From the NCBI GenBank assembly GCA_041489255.1, contig JBGPQV010000019.1, positions 1 through 59,016 of the forward strand: a stretch of 59,016 bases of DNA, in the 5' to 3' direction. The notes under the pieces are model-generated. The model saw nothing but the letters and a program-made list of their open reading frames with translations. It searched no databases and had not been told where the DNA came from. This document shows positions 1 through 9,700 of the stretch, in pieces (position 1 is the stretch's first letter; each line of letters starts with the position of its first letter). The stretch is from Thermoplasmata archaeon (GTDB lineage Archaea; Thermoplasmatota; Thermoplasmata; RBG-16-68-12; JAFNFQ01). Both the position numbers and the translations under genes were made by a program.

Positions 1-1
1 C

Positions 2-496
2 TCAGGGGAATTCCCCGACGGGAAGATCAAGGAGCTCAGGCACACCTTCAACAGCAACGACGGAGCATCGGTGTGGACAATCGGCAACAAGGAGTTCAAG
101 GCCTTGGCGATCGGCAGCCCGCTGACCTTCGAGGCATTGGCATCGGACCCCGGCAGCGACGACCTCGCATTCGCCTGGGTCTGGAGCGACTCGACTCCCT
201 ACGACATCCACATCTACGCACACCCGGGTATCTTCTACACGAGCGCGTCAAGCGACAAGCTGAACAAACTCCCGTTCGAGGAGCCGACGTTCATCTTCGC
301 TGACAACAGTGTAAGGTCACCCGAGTACGACCCGATCAGAGCCCAGGACACCGCGACCCACCAGTTCTCTTCGGCCCAGATGCCCTACTTCCTGTACGTC
401 ACGCTCATAGTTGCGGACGACGACAACGGCAACCCGTACTCGTCTCCGTACCTATGGCCAGGAATGGACGTCGAGATCGTACAGATAGACATATAG
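2..496 (+). CDS. C-terminal part of a PKD-domain surface protein (5'-truncated by window edge)
   Basis: The frame is open from nt 2 (SGEFPDGKIKELRH...) to TAG at 496. It has PKD-like motifs FEALASDPGSDDLAFAWVWSD and YVTLIVADDDNG and is followed by a terminator. Confidence 0.75.
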   Translation, partial: SGEFPDGKIKELRHTFNSNDGASVWTIGNKEFKALAIGSPLTFEALASDPGSDDLAFAWVWSDSTPYDIHIYAHPGIFYTSASSDKLNKLPFEEPTFIFADNSVRSPEYDPIRAQDTATHQFSSAQMPYFLYVTLIVADDDNGNPYSSPYLWPGMDVEIVQIDI

Positions 497-514
497 TCAC
501 GGCGAACGACTGAA

Positions 515-557
515 GGAGAAGGCCGCAAGCCTTCTCCACCTTTCCTTTTGTTTTTCC
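515..557 (+). terminator. Hairpin + U-tract terminator
   Basis: GGAGAAGGC-cgcaa-GCCTTCTCC followed by a T-rich run (ctttccttttgtttttcc), just after the stop at 496. Confidence 0.8.
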
Positions 558-906
558 TGTCCTTGAGCACGTGCCATGGCGGCACTCTGGTGGCACGCTC
601 AAATGGTTGAAGATGAAGAGAATGGTCTTTCACCTCACGCACCCGGGGAAGACCCTCGCGAGGTGGACCAAGTATTTGATGAATGCTGAATGCTCGGAGT
701 GGTCAGGGGGCATAATAGGGATTGGGCGAGCCGAGCATCGAATCCCCGCCGCACCTGACACGACGATCATATCCTGATATCACGACGCCTTTCCTTGAGC
801 GGTTCTTCTGACCTACGGGGCATTCCAGTCCCGAAGAGAGCTATTTCGCAGCGCTCTCATGGAGTGAGGACAGCCACCCGCGAGCGTCAGAGCGAGAGCA
901 TGCATC

Positions 907-940
907 AAGCCCCCTCGGAAAGTGGGGCTTTTTTCTTCTT
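907..940 (+). terminator. Hairpin + U-tract terminator with no convincing upstream CDS
   Basis: AAGCCCC-ctcggaaagt-GGGGCTT followed by ttttcttctt. Confidence 0.65.
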
Positions 941-1112
941 CTCGGTCTCTCGTCCTCTCAGTTGCTACTCCGAACCCGCCGTTGGCGGCAAACGGTCATC
1001 CGGCGGCGCATCCGGGACCTATGGCGGCATCTGCCGGTCTCTCGTGAATGGCCATCGACCGACCGATGCCCGTTTTCTCCCTATAGGCGCCAATCTCTGG
1101 CGCGCTGGTTCC

Positions 1113-1500
1113 CGTCGCCGCTCGTTCATGCGGCGTCGCCGCTCGGTCGAGCGGAGATTCCGCTCGTTCGAGCGCTTTCCCCGCGCGCCTCAATCCGAGT
1201 GCCGCACGGTCGTGCGGACGTTCCGCGCGGTCGTGCGGAGGCGTCGGGCGGCTGGATCGGGCATCTTCGGGCCGAAACCGACCGAAATCCGGTCGTTCGG
1301 AGGTCGCGGATAGTCGTCCGGCGGTTGCCGGTGACCGCTCGAACAGCCCCTCTGACGTCGAAAAGGGCGGTTTCTTCCGTCCGGACGTTCCGCGCGTACG
1401 AGCGGAGGTTCCGCACGGTCGTTCGGATGTTCCGCGCGGTCGCGCGGAGACAGGATCCAGACGAGCGAAAGTTCCGCGCGGTGGTGCGGAGGTCGGCACC
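1113..1500. repeat. Degenerate 21-bp tandem array of palindromic units (core CCGCNCG-NN-CGNGCGG)
   Basis: Clear units start at 1113, 1134, 1155, 1197, 1218, 1385, 1406, 1427 and 1469. Intervening units are degenerate. The 21-nt phase is kept with one 1-nt slip near 1260-1280. Confidence 0.8.
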
Positions 1501-1633
1501 AGTTCCCGAGGGACCGGTTCCCGCCATCGATTTTCTGCCAGTCGTCCGGTCGCGTTTCGACGCGCCAGATGCGGCAATGATTCCCATTGCTGCCATTCGT
1601 CGGGCGGTGGCGGAGAACGACTTAGGGATTCAA

Positions 1634-1660
1634 CACTTAGAAGAGTGCACCACAAACTAT
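1634..1660 (+). promoter_or_regulatory. Shared upstream motif, copy 1 (CACTTAGAagAGTGCACCACAAACtAT)
   Basis: Matches 6563-6589 at 24/27 positions. It starts about 78 nt before a TATA-like TTAAATA at 1712. Confidence 0.65.
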
Positions 1661-1789
1661 TTCCAACCCCCTTGGAATCCTTAAGGCAAGACCGATGCCT
1701 TTCACGAACCGTTAAATACGTTCGGCAACATGAAAGGCGGGAGTCCCGAGAACACAGCTATGCTGTGGAGAACAGGGGAGGACTGAGAC

Positions 1790-4700
1790 ATGTTGAGCAA
1801 GAAGAGTGTGAGTGCGATAGCGATAACAGCCTTCATGCTGCTGTCCTCTGCGATGATGTTCATGTCGCAGAAGGCGGACGCAGCCTCTTGGCTGACGACG
1901 ACGGATACAGATTTCGCCCCCGGAAATTTCTTCACCGGCACCGGTTTCGAGTCCGTGTTGCACGGTACGGGAGCAGCCGCGTATATCCAGAACAAGATAG
2001 GCATGATGAACTGGATCCAGAAGATGCCCGGAACGAACACGGGCCCCAGGACCCAGTTCGGCTTCGCGAACGATTCCGCAGAGAGCCGATTCATCCTTTT
2101 CGGTGGCTTGGACGGCATCTCCAGCTGGCGCAACGACACCTGGGAGTACAACTACGCCGGGGAGAACTGGGAGCAGATATGCGCCGACAATACGCCGGCT
2201 TGCGCCCCTCCGAAGAGAATCGGCCCCTCGATGGCGTACGACAACAACAGCAAGGTCGTCGTCATGTATGGCGGCATGGACGATCAGGGCAGGGGGATCA
2301 GCGACACCTGGGAATACAATGTCAACACTAACACGTGGACCAACACCACCCCGGTTACCCTGCCACGCGGCATGTTCGCCCACAGGATGGTCTACGACGC
2401 GAAGGACAAGAAGGTGATTCTCGTCGGCCGCGGCACATCCTCGATGGAGGTGTGGGAATACGACGCCGTCGCCAACACATGGACGAACAGGAACGCCATC
2501 GGCGGCCCGTCGCAGAGAGCGGGATACGCCTTGGGTTACAGTTACCAGGCGAGCCACCAGAGGGTCGTCCTCTTCGGCGGCGCCGAGGTGATGACGCTCT
2601 TCGACGAGACGTGGGAATACAACTACGCCTCGAACTCATGGTCGCAGGTCAGCCCTGTGGACAAGCCGAGCGCCCGAACCGGCGCCCAGATGACGTACAA
2701 CTTCAAGCAGTCGATCGAGGGCCTGATCCTATGGGGCGGGAACTCGTGGTCGACTGAGACTTGGCATTACAACTGGACCGGCAGCACTCCCACGTGGAAT
2801 CAAATAATGACCACCACGACCCCGAACCCGGGAAGGACCAACCACGGGCTCGCGTACGACCCTGGCTACAATGCCCTGATGATCTATGGCGGCGAGCCCT
2901 TCAGCGGTCCGAAGCGCAACGACACGTGGATGCTCGAGGCGGGATACAACCTCGAAGGGCGGTATTACACGACATTCCTCAACACATACACGACCGCCAC
3001 AATCTGGCAGAAGATATTCTTCAACAAGACGAGCGAGCCGCTCACGCAGATCAGGTTCCAGGTCGAGGCCAACAACGTCTGCGACAATGCAGCTATTCCG
3101 AATTTCCTCGGGCCAAACGGGCTGCCCAACCAATACTACACCATCTTTGGACAGGATCTGTGGGCTGGGCTGACCGGGAACAAGTGCCTCCGCTGGATGG
3201 CTGATATGATCACCAACGACCCGTCGGTGGCCCCGCAACTGCAGGACGTGACGATTATCTACAACGCGACGCCGACCAAGCCGCAGGTGGAGAGCTATGC
3301 GCCTCAATTAACCGGCCATCCAATCAACTCGCACATCTACATCAATTTCACGAAGCCGGTGGATCCAGCCAACACTTGGGTGTTCGTCTGGCAGGTTGTT
3401 CCGCAGGTGAACTTCACCTTGGACCCGTTCATATGGAAGGAAGCGAACAGCAAGATCGAGATCACTCACAACTCACAGCTCTTCCTGGAGGCCAAGGCAT
3501 ACAGGGTCCGCGTCTACGCCGCTGATACGCTGAACCAGCCTCTCGATTATCCGGCCGGCTACTTCCAATGGACTTTCACGACGGTCAGCGTACCGCCAAG
3601 AATAATGAGCACAGTGCCGGCACCCAACGCCATCGACGTGGCACTTAATGCCCCTGTGATCATCACGTTCAGCGAGCCGATGAACACGGCCTCGTGCTGG
3701 CCCTTTGTGACCATAGATCCCCTGCTTCCTCCGACGCTGGCCTTCGACGGCCACTCGTGGAGCGCTGGGGACACCGTCCTCACCATGACGCACTCGGTGC
3801 CGTACGCGCAGTTCACGACCTTCACGGTGGATGTGCCGATAGGGAACGATACGAGACCGTGTCAGGACAAATCCGACATATTGCTGACCTACGGACCGAC
3901 GGCGGTGCCGTGGCCGTTCACGACCTTGGCGATCAATCCGTTCATCACTCTGACCAACCCGATGAGCATGAAGACCGAGGTCGCGACCAACCAAAACATA
4001 GAGATAACCTTCAGCCGCGACATGAATCCCGCCGCCTTCTACTACAACTTCAAAGAGTGGGATGTGCCAACTCTTGCATGGAAGAACTGGACCCCGACCT
4101 TCAACACGCCGTTTTGGACGGGGGTACGAAAAGTGACGCTCACCCACACGACAGCATTCGGCAATTGCAAGCCATACAGGGTGCAGGTGTGGGCGCTGGA
4201 CACGGCTGGCAACTCCCTCATCAAGAACCCGAACGTGCCTAACCCGTGGAAGTTCATGACCATAGGCCCCGGCGGCGTATGCGGGCCGTTCATGATATTC
4301 ACGACGCCGTACGACGGCGAAGAAGATGTCCCGCTCTGGAAGAACATCACCATAGCGTTCTACTACACCCCGCCCGACACCGGCGGCATGGACCCGTCCA
4401 CATTCACATACACGCTCAAGGATCAGTGGGGCAATGATTTGGCAAGCCACTTCACGCTGAACTGGCTCGGAATGGGGCCCAACGCAGTCGAGTTGCTGCA
4501 CCCCGGATACCCATTCGACGCCTGCGGGGAGTACACGGTCAGGGTGTTGACGGCCAGAGACACCTCTGGACGTGCCCTGATACCCGGCCCGGCAGAGAAC
4601 CCGTTCAAGTTCAAGACGATCGCGACGGGTTGTCGGCCGTCCATGATCTGGACGCAGCCCGCGAACGGGACCCTGAACGCCCCGGTCAACCAATTCCTCG

Positions 4701-6412
4701 TCCTGCAGTTCAGCGAGCAGATAGATAGGCCGTCGTTGATTGTGACCATCCGGCCAAATGTCACGCTGGGCTCGCCGGCCTGGACGGATGTCGACACGAA
4801 TGTGTCATTCGCGCATGCAAGCAGCCCATTCGTCCCGTGCACGTGGTACAATGTGTCTGTGTTCGCAAACAACATGGCTGGTCTGAACCTGGGGCGAGGG
4901 CCCGTGCCGAACCCGTTCATGTTCCGCGCATTCTGTATCAACGGCCCATACATCGTGAGCACCTATCCGGCGAACGCCCAGACAGGCATCCCGCTGACGG
5001 CATCGATCTGGGTGAATTTCAGCGAGCCGATGGACACGTCGAGCCTATCGTTCACACTGTCACCGCTGATTACTTTCAATACTCCAGTTTGGAGCAACGG
5101 CGACATGACTGTCAGGCTTGACCACGCGACGCCGTACACCCAAAACACATTGTACACCGCACGCGTGGTCGCTGCCCGCAACAAGACTGGCGGCAACCTA
5201 GTCGGCGGCGGAGCGCCCAACCCATGGACCTTCAGATCGTACACGCCGCCACCTTACATCGTCACCACGATACCTCCAGATGGCGCGACAGGTGTCCTGC
5301 TTGATGCAACAATAACGGTCATCTTCAGTGTACCGATGGATCAGACTTCCGTGACCTTCGCCACGACCCCGCCGCTCACATACTCGCAGCAATGGCCCAA
5401 CGGCCAGACGGTAGTATTCAGCCACACGACACCATTCAATATCTGCACTCTCTACTCCGCCAGAGTTCTGACCGCGAGGGACCTGGGCGGCACCAGCCTC
5501 GGATCCGGATCTGTCCCGAACCCGTGGACCTTCACGTCAGACTGCAGGTTCCCGGTGAGGGGCTTGAAGGTAACCAGACAGGCGCCAAACGTGCGGCTGG
5601 ACTGGACAGCCGATCCCCAAGTTCAGTTCTGGAACGTCTACACGGCAAACGACAGGCTGACACCGTGGCCATGGACCATGATCGCCAACATCACAACCCC
5701 AAGCAACAACTTCTACATCCATACCAACGCGATCAGCGACATGGCGAACCACTTCTACATCGTCCGCGGCTTCAAGCCCGGCGGGTGGAGCAGCAACAGC
5801 ACGATGGGCGCGCTGTGGCACCCGACGCTCGCACCGAACGTCGGCAGGCCGAGCGCGTTCTGGTTCAGCCTCCCGTACAACTCGATGTACAAGAAGGCCA
5901 AGGACATCTCCGACGAGCTGACCTACCTGAAGATCAACGTTGTGGCCAAGTTCGATCCGGCGAAGCAGCAGACGGTGATCTGGCACTACTCGCATGGAGC
6001 GTGGCGCGGCACAAACTTCAACATCGCGGCGGGCGAGGGGCTGATGATAGGCATCGTCAACAACTTTGACTGGGCGATCAACGGCACGGACAAGATAATC
6101 TCGATGACGTTCACGTTCAGACCACAGCTGCGCACCAACCTATACTGGATAAGCCTGCCATACACGAACGGTCTGGCCAGTGCCAGCCAACTCGTGACAG
6201 CGATCGCAGGCGGGACCGGGCCCGGAACGAACACGAAGATAATCGCCGTGGGCAAGTGGGTCTACTCGACCCAGTCGAGCCGAGTGTTCGGTTACACGGT
6301 GTCGGGTTGGAGCGGGGACAACTTCAACATCGTGCCTGGCGACGGGATATGGATCGAGATCGTGTCGTCGTTCGCGTGGAGTCCGACGCTGATCACGGCA
6401 GAAGTCCCGTAG
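1790..6412 (+). CDS. Secreted Kelch-repeat propeller + 7x Big_5 Ig-like + FN3-like + twin-repeat C-terminal domain protein
   Basis: Signal peptide ending ...ADA/AS, GGAGG upstream. Kelch repeats (LFGG...DTWEY). Seven 'P..g...vp....I.I.FSEPM' repeats. The C-terminus has WFSLPY...GEGL and WISLPY...PGDGIW. No TM anchor. Confidence 0.9.
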   Translation: MLSKKSVSAIAITAFMLLSSAMMFMSQKADAASWLTTTDTDFAPGNFFTGTGFESVLHGTGAAAYIQNKIGMMNWIQKMPGTNTGPRTQFGFANDSAESRFILFGGLDGISSWRNDTWEYNYAGENWEQICADNTPACAPPKRIGPSMAYDNNSKVVVMYGGMDDQGRGISDTWEYNVNTNTWTNTTPVTLPRGMFAHRMVYDAKDKKVILVGRGTSSMEVWEYDAVANTWTNRNAIGGPSQRAGYALGYSYQASHQRVVLFGGAEVMTLFDETWEYNYASNSWSQVSPVDKPSARTGAQMTYNFKQSIEGLILWGGNSWSTETWHYNWTGSTPTWNQIMTTTTPNPGRTNHGLAYDPGYNALMIYGGEPFSGPKRNDTWMLEAGYNLEGRYYTTFLNTYTTATIWQKIFFNKTSEPLTQIRFQVEANNVCDNAAIPNFLGPNGLPNQYYTIFGQDLWAGLTGNKCLRWMADMITNDPSVAPQLQDVTIIYNATPTKPQVESYAPQLTGHPINSHIYINFTKPVDPANTWVFVWQVVPQVNFTLDPFIWKEANSKIEITHNSQLFLEAKAYRVRVYAADTLNQPLDYPAGYFQWTFTTVSVPPRIMSTVPAPNAIDVALNAPVIITFSEPMNTASCWPFVTIDPLLPPTLAFDGHSWSAGDTVLTMTHSVPYAQFTTFTVDVPIGNDTRPCQDKSDILLTYGPTAVPWPFTTLAINPFITLTNPMSMKTEVATNQNIEITFSRDMNPAAFYYNFKEWDVPTLAWKNWTPTFNTPFWTGVRKVTLTHTTAFGNCKPYRVQVWALDTAGNSLIKNPNVPNPWKFMTIGPGGVCGPFMIFTTPYDGEEDVPLWKNITIAFYYTPPDTGGMDPSTFTYTLKDQWGNDLASHFTLNWLGMGPNAVELLHPGYPFDACGEYTVRVLTARDTSGRALIPGPAENPFKFKTIATGCRPSMIWTQPANGTLNAPVNQFLVLQFSEQIDRPSLIVTIRPNVTLGSPAWTDVDTNVSFAHASSPFVPCTWYNVSVFANNMAGLNLGRGPVPNPFMFRAFCINGPYIVSTYPANAQTGIPLTASIWVNFSEPMDTSSLSFTLSPLITFNTPVWSNGDMTVRLDHATPYTQNTLYTARVVAARNKTGGNLVGGGAPNPWTFRSYTPPPYIVTTIPPDGATGVLLDATITVIFSVPMDQTSVTFATTPPLTYSQQWPNGQTVVFSHTTPFNICTLYSARVLTARDLGGTSLGSGSVPNPWTFTSDCRFPVRGLKVTRQAPNVRLDWTADPQVQFWNVYTANDRLTPWPWTMIANITTPSNNFYIHTNAISDMANHFYIVRGFKPGGWSSNSTMGALWHPTLAPNVGRPSAFWFSLPYNSMYKKAKDISDELTYLKINVVAKFDPAKQQTVIWHYSHGAWRGTNFNIAAGEGLMIGIVNNFDWAINGTDKIISMTFTFRPQLRTNLYWISLPYTNGLASASQLVTAIAGGTGPGTNTKIIAVGKWVYSTQSSRVFGYTVSGWSGDNFNIVPGDGIWIEIVSSFAWSPTLITAEVP

Positions 6413-6423
6413 GAACGAATGAA

Positions 6424-6460
6424 CCGGGACCCCCTCCGGGTCCCGGACCTTTCAATTTTT
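6424..6460 (+). terminator. Hairpin + U-tract terminator
   Basis: CCGGGACCC-cctcc-GGGTCCCGG followed by acctttcaattttt. Confidence 0.8.
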
Positions 6461-6562
6461 CATCACTCCTTCTTCAATTGAGTCTGCTCCACCGCGGCAC
6501 GGCGAGGACTCTGAGATTCTCCACAGGAAACGCACGTGGATCGCCATCAGCCAGACCCGCGT

Positions 6563-6589
6563 CACTTAGATTAGTGCACCACAAACGAT
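6563..6589 (+). promoter_or_regulatory. Shared upstream motif, copy 2 (CACTTAGAttAGTGCACCACAAACgAT)
   Basis: Near-identical to 1634-1660. It starts about 74 nt before the BRE/TATA-like gaaaccTTTAAGTA (TATA at 6637). Confidence 0.65.
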
Positions 6590-6709
6590 ATTACTCCACT
6601 TCCCCTTCGCTTGTCCGGCGATGTAACCCGGAAACCTTTAAGTAACATGGGTTCATGACAGGCCGAACCTCGCTTGAGAACTTGTACCTGATGGAGAGGA
6701 GGCAAAAAC

Positions 6710-9700
6710 ATGGCTAGCAAGAAAACGGTTAGATGTGTCGTAGTCGCGCTGACCTTCGCGTTCATGATGAGCGCCTTCGTCGTGATGATCTCACCAGTGG
6801 CGAAGGCGTCGCTGTGGACGCAGACGACCGATCTGGACTTCGGCGCGGCACAGACCACGAGCAATGTGAATATCCAGGGCACGGGCGCCTCGGCATACGT
6901 GCAGCTGAACAAGACATTCTTCGGATGGTTCAACAAGAATCCCGTGGTCGCGCCATCCAAGCGCCAAGCCGCCGCATCGTTCTTCGATACCGTGAACGGC
7001 AGGACGATGGTCATGGGCGGGATAGACGCATTGAGCGTCAACCTCAACGACACGTGGGCCTACTACGCGGCCACGAACACATGGAGCAAGCTGTCGGATC
7101 AGGCACCATGGTCCGCCAGGTGGAGCGCCACCGCCGCGTTCGACTCCATCCACGGCATCGGAGTGCTCTTTGGTGGATGGGACGCCAACGGCCAGAACTA
7201 CGAAACTTGGGAGTACGCTGCAGCCACGGGTACGTGGACCAACAGGACCGGCGCCGCAAAGCCCAGCCTCACTAGCACTCCTCTCGCTTTCGACAGCGCG
7301 CAGCAGAGAATAATCGCTTCAGGCATGGGCAGGTTCGTCTGGGAGACATGGGCGTACGACGTCACGACCCACATCTGGACGGCAAGGGCGGGCACGAACC
7401 CGCCATCGGACAGGGCGAGCCATAGCTTGGTCTACTATCCTCTCATTTCCCGCACAGTGCTGTACGGCGGTGCGTCGGGTATGTCGATATTGGATCAGAC
7501 GTGGGAATACAATTATCTCTCCGACTCATGGACGGACAAGACGAGCCAGATCGGCGGCGGCAGCCCAGGCGGAAGGTCGGGATTCGGTTTCGTCTACAGA
7601 GCGACCCAGAACGACCTGATGCTCTTCGGCGGTCTGGACCCGTCCGGATATCCTGCCACCACATACAGGTATTGGGACGACCTCGGCTCGAGATACTGGG
7701 CGATGATCTCGACCGGGAGCAGCCCGCCAGGCCGTGTCAACCTCGTGATGAGTTACGACACAGGGACAACGTCTTCGGTTGTCTTCAGCGGCAAAGACCA
7801 GCCAGGCAACAAGCTGAACGACACATGGCAGTTTGATAATGCCTACCAGCCGCAGGGGACGCTCCAGTCGTCCAAGTTCAACAGCCTGCATTCGAACACC
7901 GTCTGGAAGAAGATATTCTGGAACCAGACCCCGGGCAACGTTCCCGCGGGCGGCACGATAAGATTCCAGATCGCGACATGCAGCAGCCCGGACTTCACCC
8001 TGCCGGGATGCGAGTTCAAGGGCCCGGACGGTTCCCCCTCGAGCTACTACGTGAACCCCGGCACGGTGATCTACGCGCTCGCTTCGCCCGCGCAGTACAT
8101 GGTCTATTTCGTCCAGATACTGTGCTCCTCGTGCACGGACAGCCCGCACCTGGAGGACGTGTCAATCGAGCACACGGCTGCCTCGATCCCGCCGACGGTG
8201 GCGAACACCTATCCCTGGGCGCAGACCGGGGTGCCCGTAAACTCGCAGATATGGCTCAATTTCTCGGAGCCAATGGACACCGGCCAAGTGACCGTCACGC
8301 TCAAGGACACCGGTACATGGACCAACTTCCCGTTCAGCAGCGTTTGGCAGAATTCTTCCGTGAACCTGATCATGACCCACTCCGGCAACCCGTTCGAGAT
8401 TTGCACCCAGTACAGGTACAACATCACCCAGGCGATAGACCAGGAAGGCCAGTCGATGGTCGGTCTGCCCAAGACCTACGTGTTCTCGACGTATTGCCCC
8501 CTGCCGGAGATCGCGCAGGTATATCCCCATCTGTCCGACGTCGACATCCCTCTGGCCTCCGCGATTTATGTCAACTTCAGCAACTCGATGAATATAGGCT
8601 CGGTCGATGTGAACGTCACACCGCCGCTCCCTGACTCCAACTACCAGTGGTCCAACGGCAACAAGAACGTCAAGGTCAGCCACGTGGCCGACCTCGATGA
8701 CTGCGTGCTGTACACGGTCAATGTCACCGGTATGGACATCTACGCTCAGGGCCTCTTGCCTGGCTCCGTGCCGAATCCCTGGTACTTCGAGTCTCACTGC
8801 AAGAACCCGAGGGTCATATCGACCAGCCCGAACGGAGGGTCGATAGAGGTGGCCGTCGATAAATCGGTCACCATCACCTTCAGCCACAAGATGAAACCGT
8901 CGACGGTCAACGTCGCATTCACCCCGACCATAAGCCTGACCCCGTCCTGGAATGCACCGGCGAACACCACGCTCACCCTGAGCCACCCGCCGGCGTTCAC
9001 CGCCTGCACGAAGTACACGATTAACGTGACCGGCCAGGACACCAGCGGCAACAACATCCAGGGCGGCTACTACAGCTTCTGGATATTCACGACCTGCGGC
9101 GGTTCGCCTTTCGTTTTGCAGACGATGCCGATAGACCAATCCATTGATGTCCCGCTCGATTACGATGTGCAGATAATCTTCAACGAGGCGATGCAGCGCC
9201 CGACAGTCGAAATCGCACTCACCGTTGTGCCGAACGACTGGACATGGACGGTCGAATGGGTCGCGATGGACGCGATAATAATCCTTAATCACACAACGGA
9301 CTTCAGCACGTGCAAGACGTATTTCATCAACGTGACCGGCGGCAGGGACGTGGACGAGAACAAGCCCTTGGTCAACGGCCCGGTGCCGAGAAACTTCCGC
9401 TTCGACACCCTATGTACAAGCCCGTCCGTGAAGACGTGGGTCCCGCCGGACAATTCGGTTGACGTGGCCCGCAACCAGAACATCGTGATCACCTTCAACA
9501 AGCCGATGAACATCGGCACGTTCCAGTACACCATCGACCCGCCGATTACCTTGGGCGAGGCGTGGACCAACGGCTACACGGTGTTCACGCTGTCGCACGG
9601 CCCGCTGTTCGCGAACTGCACGGATTACTCGCTGAGGATCGGAATTGCCGAGAGCCAGGACGGCTTCGCACTCATCGGCGACCGCGAGCTGAACTTCAGG

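Noticed and set aside
1113-1500. CRISPR array
   Set aside because: Units abut with 5-nt linkers, there are no unique 30-40 nt spacers between identical repeats, and no cas genes are present.
795-1684. Arg-rich ORFs 795..1313, 962..1684, 996..1655 and 1126..1596 as genes
   Set aside because: They are mutually overlapping, stop-free by-products of the GC-rich 21-bp array, with no start context or family motifs.
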